From: Ignavibacteriota bacterium
GTDB lineage: Bacteria; Bacteroidota; Ignavibacteria; Kapaibacteriales; UBA2268
Reading direction: 5' to 3'
Length of the DNA stretch: 64,000 nt
Assembly (NCBI GenBank): GCA_020437395.1
Contig: JAGQWJ010000003.1
Coordinates: 2,973-66,972, forward strand
This document shows positions 37,935-48,751 of this stretch, in pieces; position 1 is the first letter of the stretch, and each line of letters starts with the position of its first letter. The position numbers and the translations under genes are program-made. A model generated the notes under the pieces. That model did no database searches and was not told the DNA's origin. It saw only the letters and a list, made by a program, of their open reading frames with translations.

Positions 37935-38732
37935 TCAACAAGAAATGATATTATTTATTTCTATCATATCCCTTAGCAAACGGACATTGTGTACTCTTAA
38001 CACATCTATTTTACAATTCAAAAGTTGCTGATGAATTAGTACTGTGTATGCGTCTCTGTCTTTTGCATTCTCAATTCCGAAGAGCATATTAATAAACGCT
38101 TTTCGACTGATACCTAACAGTTGTTTACCAGTTATTTGGTTAAACTTTTCTAAGTTATTGAGTAAAGTAAGATTATGATTCAAATTCTTTCCAAATCCAA
38201 TACCAACATCTACATAGACATTGTTGATTTTTTTTGCTATGCTCGATTGTGTCGTTAGAAAATCAAAAACCTCTTTAACAACGTCGTCATATTGTGGATT
38301 ATCTTGCATAGTTTTGGAGTTCCCTTTTCTGTGCATAATTACGAGTTCTGCTCCATACTCAGCCGCTAAGTCAACAAATCTTGGTTCTTGAGTGAGTCCG
38401 CTTACATCATTTATAATATTAGCACCTTTTTCAAGTGCCATCCAAGCTACATCATATTTTGTTGTATCAATAGATATTGCAATAGTAGGATGAATCTTCC
38501 TAATACCTTCTAATACAGGAACAACCCTGTTTAACTCTTCTTCAAGTGGGACGCCATCACTTCCAGGTCTTGAACTTTCACCACCAATATCTATTATATC
38601 AGCTCCTTCTGCAATCATTCTTAAGCCATGATCAATAGCTGATTTTGTAGTTATATACTCTCCCCCATCCGAAAATGAATTCGGAGTGACATTCAATATC
38701 CCCATTATTTTTGGTTTCATTCTTAATCTCAC
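37935..38732 (-). CDS. folP: Dihydropteroate synthase
   Basis: IMGILNVTPNSFSDGG, IIDIGGESSRPG and other DHPS blocks. The start is either the GTG at 38732 (GTGA overlap with the upstream stop) or the ATG at 38720. Confidence 0.9.
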   Translation of the reverse strand: MRLRMKPKIMGILNVTPNSFSDGGEYITTKSAIDHGLRMIAEGADIIDIGGESSRPGSDGVPLEEELNRVVPVLEGIRKIHPTIAISIDTTKYDVAWMALEKGANIINDVSGLTQEPRFVDLAAEYGAELVIMHRKGNSKTMQDNPQYDDVVKEVFDFLTTQSSIAKKINNVYVDVGIGFGKNLNHNLTLLNNLEKFNQITGKQLLGISRKAFINMLFGIENAKDRDAYTVLIHQQLLNCKIDVLRVHNVRLLRDMIEINNIISC

Positions 38733-39349
38733 CTTGGTAGATAGCCATCGTTCCGTATAATTTTCTCTATTTCAATAGCTTTACTAACAGATGGTTTAAT
38801 ATTTAATAAATGATTTCTGAGATAGTCTAATCTAAGATTTTCAGAGTTCAATTCAAGTAAGTGTTGTTTTTGTTTACCAATTAATCCTACTTTCTGAGCA
38901 AAATAATAACTTGCTCTAACACCTATTAGCTCATCTTTAGTAGTTTTTTGAACCCTAAATACAGGAATTTTATTAGTTATAAAGTTGAATAAATCTATAC
39001 AATCATCTAGCAATTCTTCATCTATCGTTTCAGTAATATCATCAACTATTTCAATATCAGCTTTAGAATAGCTTGTATTATCTTCTTCTAAAGCAATAAG
39101 TTTGAATCTATCATATCCCTTCACGCTGATATCAATTTTGCCATCAGGATATTTTTTGATAATTTGATGTACCTTAGCAGTACAACCATAGCTAGCTAAT
39201 TCTATTCCACTTGAAAAAACAATACCAAACTTTTCATTTCGAGAAATGCACTCATTCACTAACAACTTATATCTTTCTTCAAAAATATGAAGTGGATAGA
39301 TTGACTCTGGAAAAAGTACAAGATTAAGTGGAAAAAGCCCTATTCTCAT
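38729..39349 (-). CDS. LON N-terminal (substrate-binding, PUA-like) domain protein
   Basis: MRIGLFPLNLVLFPESIYPLHIFEERYKLLV matches the start of the LON domain. 206 aa, with no ATPase or protease part. Confidence 0.75.
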   Translation of the reverse strand: MRIGLFPLNLVLFPESIYPLHIFEERYKLLVNECISRNEKFGIVFSSGIELASYGCTAKVHQIIKKYPDGKIDISVKGYDRFKLIALEEDNTSYSKADIEIVDDITETIDEELLDDCIDLFNFITNKIPVFRVQKTTKDELIGVRASYYFAQKVGLIGKQKQHLLELNSENLRLDYLRNHLLNIKPSVSKAIEIEKIIRNDGYLPR

Positions 39350-39557
39350 TTGTTGAAATTTTCTGTTTTATTTACTAATACTAAGATAAGAATATAATTT
39401 AATTAAATAATGATTTGTGGGAATGTAAGATATTAAAATTTCAAATCAAATCAATCTTGGATTGACTAACTATAGACTTACAATAAATAATAAACTTTTT
39501 CTTTACATAAGATTAATTATATTTGTATTCTTATGTATAAACTATAAAGGATAAAAA

Positions 39558-40556
39558 ATGAAAAAGATTACAATCTCCTTGTTTGCACTATTGGCTCTAG
39601 CGTTTATTTCATGTGGCGAAGATGGTCCAGAAGCACCAGAAGCGGGTGAGTTAAAAACTTATAAAGATGATGCAGCGAAATTCTCTATTGATTACCCTGG
39701 TAATTGGGAAGACAATAAGTTAGAAGGTAAGCAATTCCAAGCATTCTCGATGCCAGAAGCAAAAGGAAGATTCACTTCATTTGACACAAAAGGATTACCG
39801 GTGGCAAGAGTATCTTACACCGTAATGATACTAGATTCAACTCAAGATTTGCAAAAAGCACTTGATACAAGTAAAGTTTTTGAACCTGAGAATTATACAG
39901 CACCAGTTGACATCAGCGTTGACGGTACAACAGGAAAGAAAATCACTTACGGCTTCCCATTATCAGATGGTGAATTCAATGGTGAGATTATTGTAGCTAC
40001 AAAGGATAATAAATTATATAATATAATCAAGTTTGAAGCATTTGCTGGGACTATGGAGCAATATAAACCTTCTTTTGATAAAATAATAAAGTCTGTAAAA
40101 CTTGGTGTTGCGCCTGACCAGAATGTAGTTGTAGGTGAAGCAGAGGAGCTACCACCACCATCTAAAACTATGAAGACAGTCAAAGGCAACGGCTATTCTA
40201 TATCTATACCTGATAACTTTGAAGCAATTCAGAAAGGCGGTGCAACTATGTACGCAGGTGAAAGAAGAGGTGATTCATACGTTTCTGTTTCATCAAGTAA
40301 AACTTCATCAAAGAATTTGAAAGGAACTGCAGAGAGAAATGCCAAAAAAATAGGTACTGACAAAATAACAAAATTGAAAATTGGTGGTCAAGAGGCATAT
40401 TTGGTATCCTACGATGCTACTGCTAAAATCCATAGAGATATATATTATGTAATTAACAATGGTATATTGTACCAAATTGTTGTTGATTATTTCAAAGATG
40501 AAGCAGATCTTTATAAATCTGTATTAAGCAAATCAGCTACGAGTCTTAAGTTTTAG
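39558..40556 (+). CDS. Lipoprotein with two tandem PsbP/DcrB-like domains (hypothetical)
   Basis: Lipoprotein signal (LAFISCG). Internal duplication signalled by FSIDYPGNWE and YSISIPDNFE. Confidence 0.5.
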   Translation: MKKITISLFALLALAFISCGEDGPEAPEAGELKTYKDDAAKFSIDYPGNWEDNKLEGKQFQAFSMPEAKGRFTSFDTKGLPVARVSYTVMILDSTQDLQKALDTSKVFEPENYTAPVDISVDGTTGKKITYGFPLSDGEFNGEIIVATKDNKLYNIIKFEAFAGTMEQYKPSFDKIIKSVKLGVAPDQNVVVGEAEELPPPSKTMKTVKGNGYSISIPDNFEAIQKGGATMYAGERRGDSYVSVSSSKTSSKNLKGTAERNAKKIGTDKITKLKIGGQEAYLVSYDATAKIHRDIYYVINNGILYQIVVDYFKDEADLYKSVLSKSATSLKF

Positions 40557-40583
40557 AACAAGAGCCTAGTAAATTTCGTATAG

Positions 40584-40617
40584 AACAGAGAGTAATTTCA
40601 ACTCTCTGTTTTTTTTT
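40584..40617 (+). terminator. Intrinsic terminator
   Basis: AACAGAGAG (40584-92) / CTCTCTGTT (40602-10) followed by a T-run. Confidence 0.8.
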
Positions 40618-40714
40618 GGTGCTTGTGATAAATTCCACAAAGAAATGAAAATCGAAATAAATACTTTAAATTGCACAAAGTACAAAAACCATTATTTATT
40701 TAATATTAGAAAGA

Positions 40715-42226
40715 ATGAAAAATCTGTTAGAACTCAACGCTTGGCAATCACTTAATGAACATTTCTTCAATATAAAACATTTGAAAATGAAAGATATGTT
40801 CCAATATGATGAAAAAAGAGCAGAAAAATATACTTATGAATTGAATAATATATATTTTGATTTGAGTAAAAACAGAATAAACTTTGATACTATCTCATAT
40901 TTCGTAGATTTGACTAAGTCTTTAAAATTTCACAACCGCATAGCCGAACTATTCGATGGCGACAAAGTAAATAACACAGAAGACAGAGCTGCACTACACA
41001 CTGCTTTGCGTGCTTTTGACGAAATCAAATTCGAAAAAATTGCTCAAGAAAGAACAATGTTCTTAGAAAAAGCAGAAAATATAATAGCAGACAATGGAAT
41101 AGATCACATAGTTCAATTAGGAATTGGTGGTTCATATATTGGTCCAAAGATGGTGAACGAGGCACTTAGCAGCTATTCGAACGGCCGATTCACAATAGAT
41201 TACATAGCAAACACAGATACGACGGACTTCGATAAAGTATTCTCGAAAATAAACATCGAAAAGACATTATTTATTGTTGCATCAAAATCTTTAAATACTT
41301 CGGAAACGCAATATAATCTAAACAAGGTTATTAGTAAATTAGGTTTATCTGCACCAAATGAGAAATTCTATTGTTTGACGGCAAACCGTGAAAAGGCAAT
41401 TCAACTTGGTTTCAACCCTGATAATATTTTGACTTTTTGCAACTCAATTGGAGGAAGGTATTCGCTTTGGTCTTCGATAGGGTTTACGATAGTTTTGAAT
41501 ATCGGTAGAAAGAACTTCGAAGAATTATTAAAAGGTGCAGAAATTGCAGATACACATTTTGCAGAAACTGATGACTATTTCCATAATATTCCTTTCCTAT
41601 TAGCTTATATAAATATTTGGCACCGTAATTTCTTTGATTTGAGAGCGAAAGCAAATATCCCTTATTCCGATGCACTAAAGTACTTGCCTGAATATATGCA
41701 ACAACTTGAAATGGAAAGTTTGGGTAAGTTGATAGACAAACAAGGAAACAAAGTAAAATATGCCACTGGTGGAACTATTTTTGGTAATATAGGAACTAAT
41801 AGCCAACATTCTTTTTTCCAGATGCTGCATCAAGGTGTAGATATAATTCCTGTGGAATTTATAGCAATTGCAAATTCTGACTCAAAATTAATAGCAAATT
41901 GTTTTGCTCAATCAAGAGCACTAATGTTGGGGCAAGAACTTTCTGATTTAAATAGTAATAACGATAACCATCGGTTCTTCCCTGGCAATATACCGTCTAA
42001 TACTATTTTATTTGATAAATTGACACCTTCTACATTGGGTTCTTTTCTTGCAATCCAAGAACATAAAGTCTTTGTACAGTCAGTAATTTGGAATATTAAC
42101 CCATTTGACCAATTTGGTGTTGAATTAGGTAAAACTATAGCTCGTGAAATTGAATCTAATTATGAAACTCAGGACCATAGTTTTGATAGCTCTACTAACA
42201 ATCTTTTGAAAAGAATAAATAATTAG
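40715..42226 (+). CDS. pgi: Glucose-6-phosphate isomerase
   Basis: PGI blocks GIGGSYIGP, SKSLNTSET, GGRYSLWSSIG and QHSFFQMLHQG. Confidence 0.9.
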   Translation: MKNLLELNAWQSLNEHFFNIKHLKMKDMFQYDEKRAEKYTYELNNIYFDLSKNRINFDTISYFVDLTKSLKFHNRIAELFDGDKVNNTEDRAALHTALRAFDEIKFEKIAQERTMFLEKAENIIADNGIDHIVQLGIGGSYIGPKMVNEALSSYSNGRFTIDYIANTDTTDFDKVFSKINIEKTLFIVASKSLNTSETQYNLNKVISKLGLSAPNEKFYCLTANREKAIQLGFNPDNILTFCNSIGGRYSLWSSIGFTIVLNIGRKNFEELLKGAEIADTHFAETDDYFHNIPFLLAYINIWHRNFFDLRAKANIPYSDALKYLPEYMQQLEMESLGKLIDKQGNKVKYATGGTIFGNIGTNSQHSFFQMLHQGVDIIPVEFIAIANSDSKLIANCFAQSRALMLGQELSDLNSNNDNHRFFPGNIPSNTILFDKLTPSTLGSFLAIQEHKVFVQSVIWNINPFDQFGVELGKTIAREIESNYETQDHSFDSSTNNLLKRINN

Positions 42227-42303
42227 ATCTTCAGAAAACTCTCTTGCATTAGACAAAAGAAAAAATTCTTTCCCATTGCTCAAAATAATAGTTAAATTAT
42301 ACT

Positions 42304-43983
42304 ATGAAATTATTGACAACACTAATTTTGTTATATATTTTAACAAGCTGTGCTAATATCCAAAGTCCTCCGGGTGGAGCTGGAGACACATTAGCTCCAG
42401 AAGTTGAATATACTACCCCAGAAGATAGAACCATCAACTTTAGTGGTAGTGAGCTTACTATTGGTTTCGATGAATATATGAACAGAGCGAAGGTCATCGA
42501 AAATCTACGAATTACTCCTGATGCTAAAATGTCTTATGATTGGTCCGCGACTGACTTAAACATTACTTTCGAAGAAGATTTACAGCCGAATACAACTTAT
42601 GCTATTAACATAGGTACTGAATATAGCGACTACTATAATAACTCCCCTAAAAAAGGATTCAGTATGATATTTTCAACTGGCAATGAGTTAGATAGTGGTA
42701 GTATTTCTGGGTTATTATCTGCTCCTGATACTAAAGGGAAGTTCGTGTTTCTTTATAAGGAAAAAGAAGGAGTATTCCCCGACTTATCATCTACTCAACC
42801 CGATTATTACGTAAGTACGGGGAGTTCTGGAGAATATAAATTTGTTGCCCTGAAACCTGGTAGATACAGATTATTGGCAATTGATGATAAATTTCAGAAT
42901 AGACTCTATGATGACCAAGTTGACAGCTATGGAACGGCATTGAAAGATATAGTTCTAACAAAAGATAGCTTACAAATAGAAGGAATTAACTTACATATTG
43001 GGTCAAAATCTGATTATTTAGGGCCTCAACTAATTAGTGCGAGCTCGCAATATGCAGGATTAGTAAACCTATTATTTGATGAGAACTTGGACAAAAACAC
43101 TATTCTAAAAGACAATTTTAAACTAACTAATTCAAGCGAAAATATACCTATTATTGCAATTGGACAAAATAGTAAGAATAGTTCGGAAGTTCTATTGACT
43201 TATGACCCCAACTATATGGGGAAAGAATTAGATGTATTTGTTTCGAATATTGCTGATTCAACTGGCAATAAAGTAAGGGATACAGCTTCTACTTATAAGT
43301 TTATAGTGGACAGTACTTTTAATAACACTGAATTTTCAATTATTTCAGCTAATCTGAACGATAGCACACAGAAAAATGTAACACCATTTTTTAATATAGA
43401 AAGCGAAGAAGCAACATTTAAAGTAAAATTCAGTAAAATTCCTGATTTTAATTCTTTGGAGAATTGTGCATATTTAGAAACCGAAAATAGTAAAGAAAAA
43501 TTAAGTTTATACAGTAAAAACTTATTGGACTTTTTTTTCATATCTGAGAACCCGTTAAATGAAAATACAGAGTATAAATTAGTTTTCGAAACTAAAAATA
43601 TAAAGGATTTGTGGGGACAGAAATTATCAAAGGATACGGTTTACAGAACTAAATTCAAAACAAAATTTGCTCCCAAATACTCTAAAATTGGAGGAGAAGT
43701 TACTGTTCAAGAAATATGTAAAGGTGATTTGGTCATCAGAGCAATAAATACTACTGATAATAGTAGATATGAAGCTAAAGCTATAGATTTGAAATGGCAA
43801 TTAGAAAAAGTAACTGCCGGCGAGTACGTATTCGAAATTTTTTGTGATGAAAACGAAAATGGTAAATATGATTTTGGAAAGGTAAATCCGTTCAAATACA
43901 GAGAAAAATACTCGAAAAGTAAAGTCTATACTATAAAAGAGAATTGGGAATACAATGAGATAAAGCTATCACTTGATGAGTAA
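42304..43983 (+). CDS. Ig-like domain lipoprotein (conserved FCB-group family)
   Basis: Lipoprotein signal (ILTSC) followed by SPPGGAGDTLAPEV...INFSGSELTIGFDEYM, typical of this family. Confidence 0.6.
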   Translation: MKLLTTLILLYILTSCANIQSPPGGAGDTLAPEVEYTTPEDRTINFSGSELTIGFDEYMNRAKVIENLRITPDAKMSYDWSATDLNITFEEDLQPNTTYAINIGTEYSDYYNNSPKKGFSMIFSTGNELDSGSISGLLSAPDTKGKFVFLYKEKEGVFPDLSSTQPDYYVSTGSSGEYKFVALKPGRYRLLAIDDKFQNRLYDDQVDSYGTALKDIVLTKDSLQIEGINLHIGSKSDYLGPQLISASSQYAGLVNLLFDENLDKNTILKDNFKLTNSSENIPIIAIGQNSKNSSEVLLTYDPNYMGKELDVFVSNIADSTGNKVRDTASTYKFIVDSTFNNTEFSIISANLNDSTQKNVTPFFNIESEEATFKVKFSKIPDFNSLENCAYLETENSKEKLSLYSKNLLDFFFISENPLNENTEYKLVFETKNIKDLWGQKLSKDTVYRTKFKTKFAPKYSKIGGEVTVQEICKGDLVIRAINTTDNSRYEAKAIDLKWQLEKVTAGEYVFEIFCDENENGKYDFGKVNPFKYREKYSKSKVYTIKENWEYNEIKLSLDE

Positions 43984-45925
43984 ATTACTAATATATATAA
44001 TCCTACTTTCTGCATCGCAGTTATTATTTTCTTCGAATATAATGTATTTGGAACCAGTGAATGTAAGTATTATAAATACTTCAAGTGATGATTTTGCACC
44101 TTCTTGGAACAAATACACTTCAACACTATATTTTACTAGTAAAAAAGATGGAAAGGAAAAACTATATACAACTCAGAAAGATCCAGATGGTTTTTTCCAA
44201 GAAAGTAATTATTTAGACTCTCCAATAAACAAAACACACAACAATTTAAGTTATATAACTTTTTTATCAGAAGACAAAGCGTATTTTAGTACTTTTCGTA
44301 AGACAAATAGTCAACCAATATTGCAACTTTTTTACTCAAACTATAAGAAAAAAGCATGGTCAGAGGGTTTCCCTTTAGAAGAATTTATAAACGACAAATT
44401 TGTAGGACATAGCAGCATATCTCCTGATAGAAACCAATTAGTATTTTCTACTCAAAGTAATGATGGTGATTTAGATTTAATGGTAAGCTATCGATTGGAA
44501 GATGGTACTTGGAGAGAACCAATAGCACTAGAAATCATGAATAGCATTGGCGATGAGATTACACCTCATTTCGCATCTGACGATACTCTGTATTTTGCAA
44601 GTAACGGCCAAGGTGGGCCTGGTGGTTATGATATATATTTTTCAGTAAAATATGAGGGCAATTGGCAAAGACCGAGTCCTCTTTTTGAATTGAATACTGA
44701 ATATGACGAATCTGATATTTGTACCCTGCCTAATGGAGATATATTATTTGCAAGTAACAGACCTGGTGGAAAAGGGGGGCTGGACATTTGGTTAGCTAGC
44801 AACAACAGATTACCTATTGCATTCAAAGAAGATAGAAAATTAGATATTAATTTACAAAGTTATATTACTAATATAATTGTCAATAATAACTATGAATATA
44901 GCAATTTGCCAGTAAGTAGTATTTTCTATTTAGCCGATAGTACTTCAGAATTGAGTCCAAAGCTTTTTCAATATAAATCAGCACTAAAGTTGCAAGAAAT
45001 CAATACCCTAGAAGAGTCTATAAGTAATAGTTTGAATTATTTTGGGCATAAATTATCTAAGATGAAAAATACCAAATTGATAATAAAAGCACATTATCCC
45101 AGTCTATTAGAAATTGATACGACTTCAAAGAGAAACTCTAAATACTATGCTGATTTGAATATTAAAAAGATATACGATTATTTGACAACAGAATTCAATG
45201 TTAGTACTTCTCAACTATCCATCGAATATGAATTCTTTCAAAACAAAGATGAAAAGCCCTATATTACATTATTTTCAAGCAATCCCGAATTGTTTGCACA
45301 AATAGAAATTAGAGAAGATAAAATAAGAGTAGAACAAAAAGTATTACCAATAGACGTAAGGATAACACCTAAAGAGAACTTGAGTCATTGGCTTGCTATT
45401 ATTGAAATGAATGGGGACGAAACGATTGTTTACGAGGACAAAAGTTCCGAGAATAGATTCACTATCGATTTACTAAAATACAAAGAGCAGCTTTTTGAGT
45501 CTGATTTTATAAATATTTTTATCAAGGCGTTTAGTTTCGACGGCGATAGTACAACTCAGGTTATTCCTCATAGTATCGAACATCATTTCTCAAAAAAACC
45601 GAAATTAAAAGTTGAAGGAAATAATTCTTATGAATATAATTATATAATTGTAGGTGATAAGACCGATATTTCAGACCCAATATATACTGAAACATTAGAA
45701 AAAACCTATAGTTCTATAACAATGTGTAGATCAATTCAAATCTTATACAACAAGAAACAAAATTTTGCTAAAGAGCTATCAAAGAAACTTCAATCCAAGA
45801 TAGTAGATCCTAACTTGAAAGTTGAATTAGTTAAAACTAACAATCAATTGCAAGATAGGCAATTAGACAACAATTTAGTAACAATTAAAGTTGAGAAATA
45901 TCTAACCAAGTCATCGAGCAATTGA
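43976..45925 (+). CDS. PD40/TolB-like beta-propeller repeat protein
   Basis: Repeated PD40-like units (DDFAPSWNKYTSTLYFTS, SISPDRNQLVFST, EITPHFASDDTLYFASN...GYDIYFS, LPNGDILFASNRPGGKGGLDIWLA). The ATG at 43976 overlaps the upstream gene by 8 nt. Confidence 0.65.
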   Translation: MSKLLIYIILLSASQLLFSSNIMYLEPVNVSIINTSSDDFAPSWNKYTSTLYFTSKKDGKEKLYTTQKDPDGFFQESNYLDSPINKTHNNLSYITFLSEDKAYFSTFRKTNSQPILQLFYSNYKKKAWSEGFPLEEFINDKFVGHSSISPDRNQLVFSTQSNDGDLDLMVSYRLEDGTWREPIALEIMNSIGDEITPHFASDDTLYFASNGQGGPGGYDIYFSVKYEGNWQRPSPLFELNTEYDESDICTLPNGDILFASNRPGGKGGLDIWLASNNRLPIAFKEDRKLDINLQSYITNIIVNNNYEYSNLPVSSIFYLADSTSELSPKLFQYKSALKLQEINTLEESISNSLNYFGHKLSKMKNTKLIIKAHYPSLLEIDTTSKRNSKYYADLNIKKIYDYLTTEFNVSTSQLSIEYEFFQNKDEKPYITLFSSNPELFAQIEIREDKIRVEQKVLPIDVRITPKENLSHWLAIIEMNGDETIVYEDKSSENRFTIDLLKYKEQLFESDFINIFIKAFSFDGDSTTQVIPHSIEHHFSKKPKLKVEGNNSYEYNYIIVGDKTDISDPIYTETLEKTYSSITMCRSIQILYNKKQNFAKELSKKLQSKIVDPNLKVELVKTNNQLQDRQLDNNLVTIKVEKYLTKSSSN

Positions 45926-48673
45926 TACTTTTTTGACTATAAATCTATCGTTAAATTCAAATTTTAATAAATATACACCTTGATTCAAATTGTTTAAATC
46001 AAACTTGCTATCTAGTGAGCTCATCACTAATCTACCATCTACTCCGTATATCTCGACTCCTTTATAAGAAATATTATTTACTTCAAAAGAATTATCCCGA
46101 GAGTTAAATTCGATTAAATCACTATAATCAACCTGAACAGAAGTCACATTGGAGGCACATTCGCGAAGGGCTTCAGTTAGTGCCGCTTTATCTTCTCCGC
46201 CTGCTACACAAAGGTAACAAGTTTTAGTCTCAAAGGGCTGGAATTCTTTTGTAAACCTCATACCGATAATATTGAATATATCTTCTACAGCATCTGTGAT
46301 AGTTAGTTTTCCTAGTTTCAATGAAGTAGCATAGAAATTGGAATTGACAGTAGTTTTCGAAGTATATCCTCCAGCTTGTGCTATTGCGTCATCTTCGAAT
46401 GAATAGAATGCAGTACCAAATACTTGACTTGAATCCTTATGTCCTGTATAAATAGCCGAAAATTTCTCAAATGGTATGTTTTCTGGTCTTGCTTCTTCTA
46501 AAAAGTCAGTCACATTCCATTTATAACGATATTCTACACCCATATCCCAATCGAACTGATAACCTAATGAATATCTGCTTCCTAATTGAGCACTGTCAGT
46601 AACATCTAGTTTGATTCGTACCCAATGTCCTTTTTTCGGAAGTTCAACAGTCTGATTAATTAATGCTCTTGTAGTTTCAATAGGATCTGCTGTCATCAGT
46701 GAAGCCGTATATCTTGGATTGTAGAAACCCTTCAGTGGCATAAAGCTACTTGTAGCAGTATTTAACTTGAAAGAAGATAATACGACATTGTCATTTTCAA
46801 CCAAAAACATTCCACTTGAATAGAGTGCATCACCATAACTTTTATCAATAAAACCAAATCCTTCTCTTCTTCTACTAGAGCCCTCAAATGGAGAATAGCC
46901 GAATGAACCTAAATCAGAAATGGAGAATTTTATATCAGAATTTTCAAAAGTTGTGACAATTGGTATTGTTTTATAGTCATAGAGTATGAAATCACGGTAA
47001 TCATTACTGCCTGTAATATCTAATCTGAACGTAATATAGTCATTATAGTGATTAGAGATAACATATTGAAAGCCAGATATTTTGATTGTTTCATTCGTTT
47101 CAAGGTTCAGTCCTGAGTATTTTGAACTTAAGAAAGTCAAAGGGCTAAATGATTCAGGGTTTGCGATAGATAATTCAATATCTAAGTTCTCTGCTTTTCC
47201 CAACACATTCTTTAATTCAAATTCCACATTAACTGTATCACCTAAGAAGAATCTGTCTTGAACTGCACCAGATTTATCCTTTAGAATAACCTTTTCTAAT
47301 GTAATTCCTGGTATCGACATTGGATCTGTTGTGACCATCTTCAACATATTTAACCTACCAGGAGTCATTTTTTTGTACGAAGTTCTGTTTTCACTCAAGT
47401 CATCTACTGATTGCCTAACAAATTCCAAAACTTGAATAGCATTGAGTTCTGGGTGCTGACCTCTAGCTAAAGCTACTGCACCTGCTACTATAGGCGAGGC
47501 AAATGAAGTCGCACCTGATGGACTATCATAATTATTATTCAGAGTAGTAGTGAAGTTACCACTTGCTGGCGCCATAATTCTAGTTTGAGGACCTAGAACC
47601 GAAATAGATAGGAAATTATCTGTTGTGGAAACAACACCTACTCCGAGAACACCCTTATAACCAGATGGATAGAATTTTGTAATTTGTTCTACACCACCTT
47701 CTTTATTACCCCCTGCCGCTACAATAGCTACATCGTTGGCAACTGCATAGGTAACAATCATTTGTTCAAGTTCAGAATAAACATTCTCTTCTCCCCAACT
47801 ACAATTCAAAACATCAATTCCTGTGTTTGCAGCATAGATCATCGATTCATAACCAAATGCAGTGAACTTTATCCCTAATTCTTTGTTGCTAATCTTAATT
47901 GGATAGATTTTAGAATAACCACCAGTGCCAGCAACTCCTATACTATTATTAAAATCTGCACCTGCTATTCCTGCAGCCAAAGTACCATGATTGTCATTGA
48001 CGTAAGTGTTGCCCCAGATTTGATCTTCATTTCCACCATCTAGGTTGAAGCCATTGTAATCATCAATAAAGCCATTATTATCGTCATCAATACTATTATT
48101 TGGGATTTCTTTTTTATTTATCGCAATATTGTTTCTTAGATCTGGGTGAAATTGGTCTATTCCGTTGTCGCTAATTCCAATAACTACATTCGAATCACCC
48201 TTATATATTTCCCAAGCATCGAAAGCTTTGATTAGTTCTAGTGCTTTACTTTGGTTTTCTATAAACTCATCGTTCGGTTTGAAGGCTTGTATTCTTTGCA
48301 GTCTATATGGTTCAGCCAAATCCACTTCACTATGATTTTTCATTAACCGCTCACAAAAACTATAAGGAGTCTGGTTACCTTCATATTTCACAACAAAGGT
48401 ACGTAAGACTGGTTCTTCCGCGTTCAAAATTTCTCTGTATCTGTTGCTATTAGATAATTTATACCGTGTAGAATTTCCGAATCTTAGTGAAGATTCAAGT
48501 GGCATAATCCTTCTTGAGATTTTTGCATTTGAAGTTTCTAATAACTTATTAAAATCGCTTATATCTAGTTTCAATTCTTTAAATCTAACTAATACAGTAT
48601 TTTCTAAGTATTCAGCTGCGTTTGTGCTTAAAGAAAAAATAATAAACAGAATTAAAATTTTGATGGTCTTCAT
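45911..48673 (-). CDS. S8 (subtilisin-family) serine peptidase with T9SS C-terminal sorting domain
   Basis: Catalytic triad contexts GISDNGID, NHGTLAAGIAG and SGATSFASPIVAGAVAL. C-terminal VEIYGVDGRLV...GVYLLKFEFNDRFIVKKVSIAR. Confidence 0.85.
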   Translation of the reverse strand: MKTIKILILFIIFSLSTNAAEYLENTVLVRFKELKLDISDFNKLLETSNAKISRRIMPLESSLRFGNSTRYKLSNSNRYREILNAEEPVLRTFVVKYEGNQTPYSFCERLMKNHSEVDLAEPYRLQRIQAFKPNDEFIENQSKALELIKAFDAWEIYKGDSNVVIGISDNGIDQFHPDLRNNIAINKKEIPNNSIDDDNNGFIDDYNGFNLDGGNEDQIWGNTYVNDNHGTLAAGIAGADFNNSIGVAGTGGYSKIYPIKISNKELGIKFTAFGYESMIYAANTGIDVLNCSWGEENVYSELEQMIVTYAVANDVAIVAAGGNKEGGVEQITKFYPSGYKGVLGVGVVSTTDNFLSISVLGPQTRIMAPASGNFTTTLNNNYDSPSGATSFASPIVAGAVALARGQHPELNAIQVLEFVRQSVDDLSENRTSYKKMTPGRLNMLKMVTTDPMSIPGITLEKVILKDKSGAVQDRFFLGDTVNVEFELKNVLGKAENLDIELSIANPESFSPLTFLSSKYSGLNLETNETIKISGFQYVISNHYNDYITFRLDITGSNDYRDFILYDYKTIPIVTTFENSDIKFSISDLGSFGYSPFEGSSRRREGFGFIDKSYGDALYSSGMFLVENDNVVLSSFKLNTATSSFMPLKGFYNPRYTASLMTADPIETTRALINQTVELPKKGHWVRIKLDVTDSAQLGSRYSLGYQFDWDMGVEYRYKWNVTDFLEEARPENIPFEKFSAIYTGHKDSSQVFGTAFYSFEDDAIAQAGGYTSKTTVNSNFYATSLKLGKLTITDAVEDIFNIIGMRFTKEFQPFETKTCYLCVAGGEDKAALTEALRECASNVTSVQVDYSDLIEFNSRDNSFEVNNISYKGVEIYGVDGRLVMSSLDSKFDLNNLNQGVYLLKFEFNDRFIVKKVSIAR

Positions 48674-48751
48674 AATTTGTTTTCTTTTTTATAATTATAC
48701 TATGTCTAAATAGACAATATAAGTAAGAAAAAAGTAACAAAATAACTGAAA